Shown: positions 8,198-18,364, counted from the first letter of the stretch. The stretch: DNA of 60,275 nt from DHVE2 group archaeon (GCA_015521465.1 WAOD01000062.1:1-60275), one strand, 5' to 3'. Translations and numbers: made by a program. The notes: a model not told the origin generated them from the sequence alone.

Positions 8198-9844
8198 GTG
8201 AAGCTCGTAGTTGAGGATTTTCCAGAGACTTTATCCGGAACTTTGGAAGGATATATTGCTGCATTAAACAAGGCAAGGAGGAGGATACACGAGGAGCTTT
8301 TGGTTATAAATAGTGTGCCTATAAAACCGATGTCGCATCAGATTGAGGTGGCAAAGAAGGTAATATACGACATGGACTGCAGGGCCATACTTGGGGACGA
8401 AGTGGGGCTTGGAAAAACCATCGAAGCGGGATTGATTTTGAAAGAAAAAATACTTAGGGATGAGGTTAGCAGTGCGCTCATTCTTGCTCCAGCATCTCTT
8501 GTACAGCAGTGGAAAACTGAACTTGAAGAAAAGTTTAACATGAATTTCACGATAGCCACTTCTCCCGAGGAATTTATGGAGCGCTTTGTGGTAGCTTCCA
8601 TTCATCTGGCCAAAAGAGAAAGGTACAGGAACAGCGTTGTTGGCAGGTCATGGGATATGGTGGTGGTTGATGAAGCGCATCATGTTAGAAATCCTAAAAC
8701 TCAGAATTACAGGCTTTTGCGCGAACTAAACTCTAAATTCATGCTTCTATTGACGGCCACGCCTGTTAGCAATTCTCTGAAGGAAATATACTATCTTGGA
8801 GACCTTCTTCGGCCGGGAATATTTGGAACTTACCGAGAGTTTGAATCGTTGTACTTCTCTGATAAGAAGGGGCAAAGCATAAAGAATCAGGAAGAGCTCA
8901 GAAGAAAGCTATCGGAGATTATGGTAAGAAATAGGAGAAGAGACGTTTTTGTGGATTTCACCGAGAGGGTTGTAAAGACTCATGTTGCCCGGATGGAAGG
9001 AAAAGAGCGTGATCTTTATGATTTAATACTGGATTTTTTGCGAAGCGAGGAGAACAAACTGCGGGTTATTTCTTATGCTAAAGCGGCCACATCTTCTCCA
9101 AGAACAGTTGCGAAGATGGCATGGAAAGCCCTGAAACGAGAAGAAAATCTCTATGGGCGAGAGGCTTTGCTTAAAATATACAGGGCAGCCATGGACTCTC
9201 CATTTACCAAATTAGAGCTTCTCAAGAAGGTAGCCGAGAGCGTTGAAGGCGGGGTGATTTTTACCACTTATCTTGAGACCATGCACGAGATTGATGACTT
9301 TTTGCAGGATTATGGGTATCATGTTCTGACTTATCATGGGGGCATGAGCAGGGAAGAAAAAAGCAGGACTATTGAAGAATTCAAAAAGAAAAGAGGCTTT
9401 TTAATAGCCACCGATTCTGGCGGTGAGGGTCTTAACCTCCAATTTGAAAACGTTATGATTAATTTTGACCTCCCGTGGAATCCCATGAGGGTTGAGCAGA
9501 GGATTGGTCGGATACACAGGATTGGCCAGGTGCGCGACGTTTATGTTGTGAATTTAGCTTACGAGGATACTATAGAAGAGCACATACTTCGGATTTTAGA
9601 CAAGAAGATAAATCTGTTCAGGAGTGTGGTTGGCGAGGTAGATGCCATACTTGGCTCCCTTGAGAGAAATTTTGAAAGTATAATAGCTGATATTATAATG
9701 AAATCAAGGGACAGGGCGGAGATGGCTACCCGGCTTGATATGCTAGGTGATGACCTTGAAAAGATAAGGAGCAGGTACGAAAGGAGCATGGAGATAAACG
9801 ATTCCATATTTTCTCAGTTCAACCTTGGTATTGGAGGTGTTTAA
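8198..9844 (+). CDS. SNF2-family helicase (RapA/YqhH-like)
   Basis: ILGDEVGLGKTIEAG, VVVDEAHH, LLLTATP, GGEGLNLQ, NFDLPWNPMRVEQRIGRIHRIGQ. Confidence 0.92.
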   Translation: MKLVVEDFPETLSGTLEGYIAALNKARRRIHEELLVINSVPIKPMSHQIEVAKKVIYDMDCRAILGDEVGLGKTIEAGLILKEKILRDEVSSALILAPASLVQQWKTELEEKFNMNFTIATSPEEFMERFVVASIHLAKRERYRNSVVGRSWDMVVVDEAHHVRNPKTQNYRLLRELNSKFMLLLTATPVSNSLKEIYYLGDLLRPGIFGTYREFESLYFSDKKGQSIKNQEELRRKLSEIMVRNRRRDVFVDFTERVVKTHVARMEGKERDLYDLILDFLRSEENKLRVISYAKAATSSPRTVAKMAWKALKREENLYGREALLKIYRAAMDSPFTKLELLKKVAESVEGGVIFTTYLETMHEIDDFLQDYGYHVLTYHGGMSREEKSRTIEEFKKKRGFLIATDSGGEGLNLQFENVMINFDLPWNPMRVEQRIGRIHRIGQVRDVYVVNLAYEDTIEEHILRILDKKINLFRSVVGEVDAILGSLERNFESIIADIIMKSRDRAEMATRLDMLGDDLEKIRSRYERSMEINDSIFSQFNLGIGGV

Positions 9845-9845
9845 C

Positions 9846-11420
9846 TTGGACTCCTTTTCTTCTGTTAAAATCAAGAGAAAAAAGCCAGATTTTAGAAATG
9901 CCACTCTCGTGGATGATGTCTTCGAGCGGGACCGTGTTTTTCACTCTTTTGCCATACAGGTGAGATACATTGGCAAGGAATCCAAAACGGAATTGAGAGA
10001 GTACTTATGGGGTCCAGATGGTAAAATGAACCCTGAGATTTTGAAAGGAGCCGAGTTTGAAAGTTCAAAGGAAAAATCTGAGTTCAAGATACCTGCTGAA
10101 ATAATAGAAGAAATCAGGGAAAGGGGAGAGAAAGAAGAGGCAAAATTTCACAGGGAGCTCGAAAAAGAGAGACGAGATGTTATATTGCATCTTAAAAGGG
10201 TTCTTGAAGAGAACATGCGGGAGGAGAAATACGAAGAGGTTGAGAGGATAAAGGCTGAGATTGAGAGGCGGGAAAATGCTGAGTTACCGGAGCTTGTTGT
10301 TAAAATAGAGCCTGTTGCCCTTTTAGAGATACACGCGCCTGTAGAGATTCACCATTCTCGGCTCAGAAATGAATTTGCAGAGAAAGAGCTTACCTGGAAG
10401 TTTGACACACTTACCGGTGAGCATGATTTAAGGTGTGAGGGTTGTGGAAAAAGTGCAATGGAGTTCTATCTCACAGTTGATGGCATATCCTGTGAGAGTT
10501 GCCTGAAGGAGTGCAAGGAATGTGGAAAACCTATGATTCATGCAAAAGAATGCAAAGTTTGCCATGCTCCGTTATGTGATGAACACGCTCACTACTGCTC
10601 CACTTGTCACGAGCCCATTTGCTCAGAGCATGCTACCAAATGCAAATTTTGCAGTAATGAAATGTGTCCTGACCACGTGAACAGGTGCTCAGTTTGCAAT
10701 GCGCCATTGTGCGAAGAGCATACTTATCATTGCTCCGTTTGCGGTTCAACTATAGGCCCTATGCATGTTAGAGTTTGCGATGTTTGCGGTTCTAATGTAT
10801 GCCCTGAACATATACACAAATGTGCCATATGCGGCAAAAACGTTTGCGAAAACTGTGCAGTGGAGCTTGATGGAAAATGGTACTGCAAGGAGCATTTAGA
10901 AAAGAGCTATGGAGGTAAGTGGGTAATTCCAGAAGTACGGTGCAAGACATGCGGTGTTGCTTTAGCGAGTGATGAGATAAATCGCTGCTCTGTATGCAAC
11001 GCGCCTTTATGCGAAGAGCATACTAATCATTGTTCCGTTTGCGATGCACCCCTATGCGATGAGCATACTCATCATTGCACGATATGTAATGTGCCCCTGT
11101 GCGAGCAGCATGTATTTATCTCCGAGTTAAGTGGTAGAGAGTACTGTGAAGAGCATTCTTCATTCTGTAAAATTTGTGGTAGAATCGTAGGGAAAGATGA
11201 GCTCAAAAATGGAGTATGCCATGCCTGCTCAAACATGGTGGAGGTTAGCAGGAGAGAGATACCACGTGAAATAATGTTCAAGTTTCCGTATTCAAAGCAT
11301 GGAAAAAGATGGTTTGTGTCCAGGGGTAAAAATGTTGCGTACATTACAGAGGTAAAAGGCGTGATTCTTGCATATCGAATAGTCAATGGAGAAATTGTTG
11401 AGCATCGTGGGAAAAGGTGA
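9846..11420 (+). CDS. Coiled-coil protein with a tandem CxxC-x4-CxxH zinc-finger array
   Basis: GGAGGTG RBS overlaps the helicase end; 8 perfect and several degenerate 15-aa units, e.g. CSVCNAPLCEEH twice. Confidence 0.8.
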   Translation: MDSFSSVKIKRKKPDFRNATLVDDVFERDRVFHSFAIQVRYIGKESKTELREYLWGPDGKMNPEILKGAEFESSKEKSEFKIPAEIIEEIRERGEKEEAKFHRELEKERRDVILHLKRVLEENMREEKYEEVERIKAEIERRENAELPELVVKIEPVALLEIHAPVEIHHSRLRNEFAEKELTWKFDTLTGEHDLRCEGCGKSAMEFYLTVDGISCESCLKECKECGKPMIHAKECKVCHAPLCDEHAHYCSTCHEPICSEHATKCKFCSNEMCPDHVNRCSVCNAPLCEEHTYHCSVCGSTIGPMHVRVCDVCGSNVCPEHIHKCAICGKNVCENCAVELDGKWYCKEHLEKSYGGKWVIPEVRCKTCGVALASDEINRCSVCNAPLCEEHTNHCSVCDAPLCDEHTHHCTICNVPLCEQHVFISELSGREYCEEHSSFCKICGRIVGKDELKNGVCHACSNMVEVSRREIPREIMFKFPYSKHGKRWFVSRGKNVAYITEVKGVILAYRIVNGEIVEHRGKR

Positions 11421-11499
11421 GTCTGATGAAAGGGTTTTAAGATAATCACCAGCGGAGCAAATGGGAAAATTTATAAACACTGTAAACTTACGCCCACCC

Positions 11500-12111
11500 A
11501 TGTATTTGATAGTGGAACGAGAGGAGGTAATCCGCATACCGCCCCCAATGTTAGGCGAGGACGTTGATGATATTGTTTGGCAACTTGCAGTTGATAAAAT
11601 AGAGGGTAGCGTTTATTCATTCTCGCGTGAGGAGGTTAAGGATGCGAGTGAGAGAAAATATGTTATAGTTCTACTTATGGATTTGAAAAGAGTAGGTGAT
11701 GGGGTAATTGTACCTGGAGATGGGGCGGTATATCAAAAGGTCAGGTTCAAGGCTCTGGCTTATCATCCTGAGATTCAGGAAGTGGTTTTGGGTTCAGTGG
11801 TAGATGTTCTTAAGTTTGGTGCGTTTCTTAGAATAGGTCCGTTGGACGGACTGCTGCACATAAGTCAGGTTATGGATGATATTATAGATGTGGATGTTGA
11901 AGGTAAAAGGCTTATCGGTAAAGAGTCAAAGAGAATTTTGAGGAATGGTGACAAGGCGATAGTGAGAATTGTAGCTTTGAGCATAAATGATGCGAATCCC
12001 CGGCATAGCAAGATAGGTTTGACCATGAGGCAGTCGGGACTTGGGAACCTGAAATGGTTTGAAACCGAAGAAAATAAAGCTGATGAAAAAAATAAGGGTG
12101 GTAAAAAATGA
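11500..12111 (+). CDS. rpoE1: RNA polymerase subunit Rpo7 (RpoE')
   Basis: IRIPP, PGDGAVY, S1 domain FGAFLRIGPLDGLLHISQVMDD, KIGLTMRQSGLG. Confidence 0.95.
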   Translation: MYLIVEREEVIRIPPPMLGEDVDDIVWQLAVDKIEGSVYSFSREEVKDASERKYVIVLLMDLKRVGDGVIVPGDGAVYQKVRFKALAYHPEIQEVVLGSVVDVLKFGAFLRIGPLDGLLHISQVMDDIIDVDVEGKRLIGKESKRILRNGDKAIVRIVALSINDANPRHSKIGLTMRQSGLGNLKWFETEENKADEKNKGGKK

Positions 12112-12290
12112 GTGAGCTTAGAGCATGTAAAGTTTGCAGGAGAATAACCACCGAATTAACATGCCCATATTGTGGCGGTGAGACATCTACCGAGTGGCAT
12201 GGGTACGTGTACATATTAAATAGTGAAATGTCTCAGATTGCAAAGGAGATGGGGGCTGAAAATGGGGAATACGCTCTTCGAGTTCGATAA
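12108..12290 (+). CDS. spt4: Transcription elongation factor Spt4 (RpoE'')
   Basis: RACKVCRR..CPYCG..STEWHG..SQIAK..GEYALRVR. Confidence 0.95.
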   Translation: MSELRACKVCRRITTELTCPYCGGETSTEWHGYVYILNSEMSQIAKEMGAENGEYALRVR

Positions 12291-12786
12291 GGTACTAAGG
12301 CTCCCTGAAAGTTTAAGGGCTGAACTCCAAAGGGTACACGGTAGGTTATTGAGAGAATGCGAGTTATCCAAAGTGTTAAAAACTGAGAACGGAATTTTAA
12401 TTTCCGTTGGTGATGTGGTCACTTACACCCTTTTAAAGCATGGTTTTTCTCCAAAAGTGGCTGTTGTTGATTATAAAACCAAGAGAGAGAATATAGAATT
12501 AGAAGAGATAAAAAATTTTGGAGATATTGTTTATTGTGTTAGAAATCCTCCAGGAACAATCACACCTGAGTTTGCTAAGCGTATAAAAGATGCCATTAAT
12601 CATGATGGAAACGTTCGCTTGGAGGTAGATGGTGAAGAAGATTTGGGCGTCATCCCTGCGGTGATTTATGCGCCTGTAGGCGGTATTGTTATATATGGGA
12701 TGCCCGATACGGGTTTAGTTCTGCTTAAAGTAACGGATGATGATAAAAAATCTGCGTTGGAAATAGTGAGGAATATGGAGGTATGA
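12262..12786 (+). CDS. GTP-dependent dephospho-CoA kinase (DUF359)
   Basis: SVGDVVT, VVDYKTKR, NPPGTIT, VDGEEDL, YGMPDTG; conserved position after spt4. Confidence 0.88.
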   Translation: MGNTLFEFDKVLRLPESLRAELQRVHGRLLRECELSKVLKTENGILISVGDVVTYTLLKHGFSPKVAVVDYKTKRENIELEEIKNFGDIVYCVRNPPGTITPEFAKRIKDAINHDGNVRLEVDGEEDLGVIPAVIYAPVGGIVIYGMPDTGLVLLKVTDDDKKSALEIVRNMEV

Positions 12787-12789
12787 GCT

Positions 12790-13089
12790 ATGGAAATAAA
12801 AATAGTGGATAAGAAAGAGAACCCGCTACTGCATAGGCTTGAGGTAAAGTTCGTGGTTAGCCATCCTAAATCAAAGACTCCGTCCAGAGAGGATGTTAGG
12901 AACTTAATTGCGGCAAATTTAAGTGCTGAAAAAAACAGGGTAATTTTGGATTATATGCACACACCATTTGGTGCTAATGAGACAAGCGGTTATGCCAAGA
13001 TATATGATAGTGTTGAGAATGCTAAAAAAATAGAGCCCGATTATATACTCCTGCGTAACAAGCTCATAGAGAAGAAAGAGGAGGAATAA
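12790..13089 (+). CDS. rps24e: 30S ribosomal protein S24e
   Basis: [21 protein letters not shown]. Confidence 0.95.
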   Translation: MEIKIVDKKENPLLHRLEVKFVVSHPKSKTPSREDVRNLIAANLSAEKNRVILDYMHTPFGANETSGYAKIYDSVENAKKIEPDYILLRNKLIEKKEEE

Positions 13090-13091
13090 CT

Positions 13092-13244
13092 ATGGAGAAG
13101 AGAGAGTTGTATGAGGTTAAGAACAATCAGGTTGTTAGAAAGAGGAGATTTTGCCCAAAATGTGGCCCAGGTGTGTTCATGGCAGACCACGGGGATCGAT
13201 ATTCCTGTGGCAAGTGTGGATACACGGAATTTAAGAAAAAGTAA
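13092..13244 (+). CDS. rps27ae: 30S ribosomal protein S27ae (50 aa, absent from the ORF track)
   Basis: [50 protein letters not shown]. Confidence 0.95.
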   Translation: MEKRELYEVKNNQVVRKRRFCPKCGPGVFMADHGDRYSCGKCGYTEFKKK

Positions 13245-13245
13245 G

Positions 13246-13319
13246 GGGCCCGTGGGGTAGTCTGGATATCCTCGGGGCCTCCGGAGCCTCTGACCCGGGT
13301 TCGAATCCCGGCGGGCCCG
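13246..13319 (+). tRNA. tRNA-Arg(CCG)
   Basis: Acceptor GGGCCCG/CGGGCCC, anticodon arm GGGGC-CTCCGGA-GCCTC, T-loop GGTTCGAATCC, followed by T-rich terminator. Confidence 0.95.
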
Positions 13320-13524
13320 CTTTATAGTTTTTTTGTTTTGGAAGCAAGGGGTTTATATCTTCTTACTTGGTATGTGCGCTAAATTGCTGTTTTTGGCTGT
13401 ATTTCTTATTGTTAATCTTTTCGTATTGTCCTTTTCGTTGTTTATACAGGATCAATAGTTTTTAGCATACGGCAATAAGCGAACTTCAATTATTTGATTG
13501 GTGTCAAAATTATGGGTGCAATTC

Positions 13525-13538
13525 AAAAAATTTAAATA
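13525..13538 (+). promoter_or_regulatory. Putative BRE/TATA box of the opp operon
   Basis: AAAAAA-TTTAAATA about 90 nt upstream of the oppA ATG; GGAGG RBS at 13612. Confidence 0.45.
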
Positions 13539-13625
13539 GGAAGATTTGTATAAGCGGCTCGATACGGCGTTCCCCTATACGCCAATAGGAGGAATGCCTA
13601 AAAAGAGAAAAGGAGGATATGGAAT

Positions 13626-16600
13626 ATGAACAGAAGGAATTGGAAGAGAATTATGTTAGTAAGTATAGTGCTATTAGCAGTGATTATCAGTGGCTTTTCA
13701 GCGATGACGCATGCAATGGCTCCTCAGCCAACAACAAAGGCTGGTGGGGTTTTAAAAATTGCAATGCAGCAAGATATGCCAAATTTCAACTACTTTGACT
13801 TGACCAGTAATACTGTGTGGAAAAGTAATGTCATTGGCTGGAATTTTGAAAGCTTGATAGGTATGGATTACGACGGGAAGGCGTATCCCTTGCTTGCGAA
13901 GAGCTATCAGTTTTATCCAAATAACTACACCGTGATTATACATCTGAGGGAAAACGTGACTTTCCAGGATGGTCAGCCACTTACGGCAAATGATGTGATA
14001 TTCTCGTACTGCGCCGAAAGGCAGGGAACTACTGTTTCAGGTACTTCTTTCACGGTGCCTTTCGATGATAATAATGACGGTGTCGTTAGCTATTCTGAAA
14101 TAAAGAACCATGTAATATACATAAACAAGTACACGGTTAAGATAGTTGCAAGGCAGCCGTACAACTACTTCTTCTTGGGAACGCTGGGTATTCCAATAAT
14201 ACCTGAGCACATATGGAAGAACCACTTGGTCAGTCCTGATGGCAGTGCGGTGTCTGTTGATTCGCATGGGTATACTAATGGAATACTTGATACTTCTTGG
14301 AATACCGATCCTAAAGCAACCATAGGAACTGGTCCCTGGATGTATGCTGGTGGTGTTAAAGATTCATACAGAATAGAGAAACCCTATCAGGGATATTGGG
14401 GTAAGAATTTCAAGACTCCTGATGGTTATCCACTCTGGAGCAAGAACGTTACAGAGATGGATTTCAAGATATACTCTAATTTGGATACGGCGGTATTAGC
14501 TCTGCAAACTGGTGACGTGGACTATATTGCTTGGTCCATTCAGCCGGGGAAGGTTCCAATTTTGAAGCAGGATCCGAACATCAAGCTTCACTATATGGCA
14601 GATAATGGTTATTTCTACCTTGCGTTTAACGAGAAGCAGTACCCTGCTAATTACATAGCGTTCAGGCATGCGGTATCTCATGTTATTGATAAGCAGACTG
14701 CTGTGCAGAGGTACCTTGGTGGCTTTGGTAGGGCTGGAGACTCTGTGGAGCCCCCCTTCCTTAGTGCTTGGTACAACGCTTCTGTGCAGCACTATCCTTA
14801 CAGTTTGTCTACTGCAAAGAAGATTCTGGATGGCCAATTGGTCCAGGCGGATAACGGATTCATAGAGCAGAATCCTGCATGGGGTGAGAAATTTGTGGAT
14901 GTCAATGGCGATGGTTGGAGGGATTTGCCTGATGGTTCTCCGATGCCTCCAATAACGCTGTTTACACCTCCTGCAGATTATGATCCTGTGAGAATCAAGG
15001 TTGGGCAGGGTATTGCATCCAATCTGAGAAGCATTGGGGTCAATATTCAGGCAAAGCCTGTGGACTTTGATACCTTGGTTGCATATATGCAGTCCTACAA
15101 CTATATCATGCTGGAGCTTGGCTGGTCTCTCGGTACTGATGCAATAGGAAACGTTCAGGATATATTTGGTCCGCATTCCATGCAGAATACATGGGGCTGG
15201 TGGAACGCTAGCAGTCCTAATCCATTTTACGTGAATGCTGGTGGTGTCAAAAACACTCGTGCGGATAAGATGTCTCAGGACTATGCAACTTTGTTTTCCA
15301 AGGTTATAAACAAGGCGGCCACTACCTTTAATACCACAAAGCAGATCAAGTATACAAAGTGGGCGCAGGATATCATTGCAAAGGCAACGGTGGTTAATGT
15401 TCTGTATTATAGGCTCAATATAGAAGCAACCCGCAAGTCCTGGTCTGGATGGGTTGAGTGGCAAGGCTCCGTCTTCAACGGTTTCTCTTTGGCTGAGCTT
15501 CATAAGGGATCTATTGGTGGCGGTGGCGTAGCACCCCCAACACCTGGTGAGAAGTCGATGGGTGTTTCTCTTAATGTGCCCGGCAGAGTTCTGGTAAATG
15601 GTAACGGGACAGGTAGTGTGTATGTTATGGATAGCAATGGAATTCCTCTCAAGGGTGCTAAGGTAACCCTTAAGTCTTCCAATACAACACTTTTGACTTT
15701 GATGCAAAGCGGAGGCACCACCAATGCAAATGGGGTGTATACCTTTAAGTTCAAAGGAGTAAATACTGGATTTGCGCAGGTTAAAGTATCGGTGAGTGCT
15801 AATGGCTATCCTGTGGTTAACAAGACGGCTACAATTGAGGTTGTGAACAAAGTCATGCATGTACTTTCTGCAACAGTGACTGCTGATAAGCTATCTTTAT
15901 CTCCAGGCGCGCAGACGAAGGTAACTGTCCATGTGGTTGATCAGGATGGTAAAAATGTCAGTGGTGTGACTGTTTCTGTGGATAAGAATCTGGTTGGTTA
16001 TGGTACTTTGGATAAATACACAGGCACCACTGATGCAAACGGGGATATAACCTTCACATATACTGCGCCATCTGCGGAGGATATGAATAAGCTCTTTGTC
16101 AACATGCATACTATTGGTAAGCTGGTGTTTACTATCTCTAAGCCAGGATATGCGCACAGCAACACTCCTGTTCTGCAGTTAATAACCTACAATACTAATC
16201 CTAGCATATGGGACATTGTGCGTGTCACTTCTGCTACAAATTGGACAGTGAATGCTACGAGCTTGTCCACGGACATAACCATTAAGGCTATTGGTGTAGA
16301 TGGTTCAGCACTAAACGATACTGTAGTGGATATTAGTTACTCAAATGCGACTTATCTTGCCGATGCTCCTGCAAACGTTACTACTGATTCCAATGGTATT
16401 GCTCATGTGCATTTGACATTTAACAAGGGTCTTTCAACAAAAGTGGTAATTGTGAAATTCCACATACCATCTATACACTCTATAGATGATGCAGCTGATA
16501 TTCTCTACTGGAATGGTAGTGTGGGTGTACCTCTTTATGGAGGTCATATATCCGCAGATCCTTTCATGGTTGGTGCAGACAACATTAATTACACCGTGGA

Positions 16601-18302
16601 GCTCTATAACCAGACTAATCAGCATCCAATTGGCACCCAAACAATCGGTACGGTCCTTGCAGACTCCCCTGACGGAGCACTCGGGGATCTTGCATCTGGT
16701 CCTGCGTTTGATACTGCGTGGGAGTATGTGGGTATAAACGTGTATGCAAATTACAGTGATACCTCTCTTGGATTGCCTGGTGAGTGGAATGGTGTTGCTG
16801 ATAATACAAAGACTACTGTGAATTGGCTCGATTGGGGCTTTAACGCCACGGCAGCTTGGGGTGTTCCAAATAAAGAGACTACATATCAGTACATAAAGTG
16901 GTTCTATGGTATGGATATGGAGCCAATGAAGGTTGTTAACGGTACCGGGAACTTCGTGATTACAAGGGATCAGAGTTCTTACAGGGATCTTGTGGAGAGT
17001 CTGTATGTAGTAACAGGAGGAATTACATACTATGTTACCAATCCTGCAGTAAATGCATTTGTCATGTATGGGAACCAGGGCTTCCAGACTCAGATTGGCT
17101 TCCACAGGGCAATGAAGATACTGGTTGAGAATGTGAATATTGATCCGATGGTCACCCCAGGACATCAGTTCTCTGTTACGGCAACTGTCTTTGATCAGAA
17201 TAATACCCCTGTACCTAATGTGGTGGTTAGTGCATATAACAACGCTATAAAGAGCAAGGCCAAGTTCCCTGCTGTTACAGGAACTACCGATAAGAATGGT
17301 GTGGCTACTATGACTCCTACTGCGCCTGCGATTTCTTCTGCTTCTGAACTGACTGTCTATGTGAAGGCAAAGGGTGATTCTACTACTTACTCTGTGCTGG
17401 AGGGAACACAGATTGCAGTGTTGCCGCCATACATATTCATGACCGTAACTCCGCTTGTAAATGGTGCAACACTCGGAGACAAGGTTGCGTTTGATGTCTA
17501 TGTGACAGATTCCAGTGGGGCTCCTGTATCTGGTGTCTCTGTATCTGCAGCACCTACTATGGGGAATGCAACCACTGCCGGTGAGACTGCCGCCAATGGC
17601 CATGCAACCTTTGTGCTGGATACATCTACAATAGATCCTTCAATGGTGTCAACAAATGTGTTCTCTGTTTCTGTGACTGTGACTGGTCTTAAGAGTGGAT
17701 ACAGTCCTGTGTCTGCTACAACGGGTACAGTGATTGTGAAGGGATACCCACCGATACTGTCTATTGGCTTGGTCAATAATGCAAATGTATTTGCTGGTAA
17801 GAATAACATAAGTGGGTATGTTTATTCTACAGGTAATGTCAGTGTTCAGGTAAGCGTTGATGGAAGCACCCCTGCAAGTGCAACTTTGACAAAGGTTGGC
17901 GATGTAGTATACATGGGTAAACTCTTCCATAAGTACAAGTGGACATATTCTACCGATCTCAAGAGTGGTATGCACAATATAACCGTTACTGCGGTGGCTA
18001 GCGGTGGTGCAACTACGACACAGACCGTAGAAGTTAATGCCGCATCCAGTGCACCAGGCACGGCACCTAGCAATCCTGGTGGTGGAGCTGTAGTTGTCGG
18101 TGGCGTTGACATGTGGTTGATACTCTCAATAATACTGATACTCATCATAATTGTGATGGGTGCAATGCTTGCAAAGAAGGGCGGCAGTGGAACCAGTGTC
18201 CCTAAGGAAGAGCCAGTGGAAGAAGAGGAATCTGAAGAGGAAGAAGAGACTCCTGAGGAAGAAGAGACTCCCGAGGAAGAAGAGGGAGGTGAAGAACTAT
18301 AA
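13626..18302 (+). CDS. oppA: Peptide ABC transporter substrate-binding protein (family 5) fused to Ig-like repeats, C-terminal TM and acidic tail
   Basis: Signal peptide; LRENVTFQDGQPLTANDVIFS, IGTGPW, ALQTGDVD; then repeated TTD(A/S/K)NG Ig-like motifs, TM and E-rich tail. Confidence 0.88.
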   Translation: MNRRNWKRIMLVSIVLLAVIISGFSAMTHAMAPQPTTKAGGVLKIAMQQDMPNFNYFDLTSNTVWKSNVIGWNFESLIGMDYDGKAYPLLAKSYQFYPNNYTVIIHLRENVTFQDGQPLTANDVIFSYCAERQGTTVSGTSFTVPFDDNNDGVVSYSEIKNHVIYINKYTVKIVARQPYNYFFLGTLGIPIIPEHIWKNHLVSPDGSAVSVDSHGYTNGILDTSWNTDPKATIGTGPWMYAGGVKDSYRIEKPYQGYWGKNFKTPDGYPLWSKNVTEMDFKIYSNLDTAVLALQTGDVDYIAWSIQPGKVPILKQDPNIKLHYMADNGYFYLAFNEKQYPANYIAFRHAVSHVIDKQTAVQRYLGGFGRAGDSVEPPFLSAWYNASVQHYPYSLSTAKKILDGQLVQADNGFIEQNPAWGEKFVDVNGDGWRDLPDGSPMPPITLFTPPADYDPVRIKVGQGIASNLRSIGVNIQAKPVDFDTLVAYMQSYNYIMLELGWSLGTDAIGNVQDIFGPHSMQNTWGWWNASSPNPFYVNAGGVKNTRADKMSQDYATLFSKVINKAATTFNTTKQIKYTKWAQDIIAKATVVNVLYYRLNIEATRKSWSGWVEWQGSVFNGFSLAELHKGSIGGGGVAPPTPGEKSMGVSLNVPGRVLVNGNGTGSVYVMDSNGIPLKGAKVTLKSSNTTLLTLMQSGGTTNANGVYTFKFKGVNTGFAQVKVSVSANGYPVVNKTATIEVVNKVMHVLSATVTADKLSLSPGAQTKVTVHVVDQDGKNVSGVTVSVDKNLVGYGTLDKYTGTTDANGDITFTYTAPSAEDMNKLFVNMHTIGKLVFTISKPGYAHSNTPVLQLITYNTNPSIWDIVRVTSATNWTVNATSLSTDITIKAIGVDGSALNDTVVDISYSNATYLADAPANVTTDSNGIAHVHLTFNKGLSTKVVIVKFHIPSIHSIDDAADILYWNGSVGVPLYGGHISADPFMVGADNINYTVELYNQTNQHPIGTQTIGTVLADSPDGALGDLASGPAFDTAWEYVGINVYANYSDTSLGLPGEWNGVADNTKTTVNWLDWGFNATAAWGVPNKETTYQYIKWFYGMDMEPMKVVNGTGNFVITRDQSSYRDLVESLYVVTGGITYYVTNPAVNAFVMYGNQGFQTQIGFHRAMKILVENVNIDPMVTPGHQFSVTATVFDQNNTPVPNVVVSAYNNAIKSKAKFPAVTGTTDKNGVATMTPTAPAISSASELTVYVKAKGDSTTYSVLEGTQIAVLPPYIFMTVTPLVNGATLGDKVAFDVYVTDSSGAPVSGVSVSAAPTMGNATTAGETAANGHATFVLDTSTIDPSMVSTNVFSVSVTVTGLKSGYSPVSATTGTVIVKGYPPILSIGLVNNANVFAGKNNISGYVYSTGNVSVQVSVDGSTPASATLTKVGDVVYMGKLFHKYKWTYSTDLKSGMHNITVTAVASGGATTTQTVEVNAASSAPGTAPSNPGGGAVVVGGVDMWLILSIILILIIIVMGAMLAKKGGSGTSVPKEEPVEEEESEEEEETPEEEETPEEEEGGEEL

Positions 18303-18364
18303 ATTCTTCTCTTTATTTTTTTAATATTTTTGTTCTCGTGGTGGTGTTTGGAGGTGAATAAATT

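Noticed and set aside
10540..10620. CxxCH motifs (CKVCH, CSTCH) suggesting a multiheme cytochrome c
   Set aside because: They are incidental to the CxxC-x4-CxxH repeat, most units lack the adjacent His, and there is no signal peptide.
14496..17603. Long minus-strand ORFs (454 aa and 389 aa)
   Set aside because: Antisense shadows of oppA with no recognisable motifs.
18237..18284. 18-bp tandem repeat as a CRISPR or regulatory repeat
   Set aside because: It encodes the EEEETP acidic tail of OppA and has no spacers. No CRISPR array or cas gene was seen in the window.
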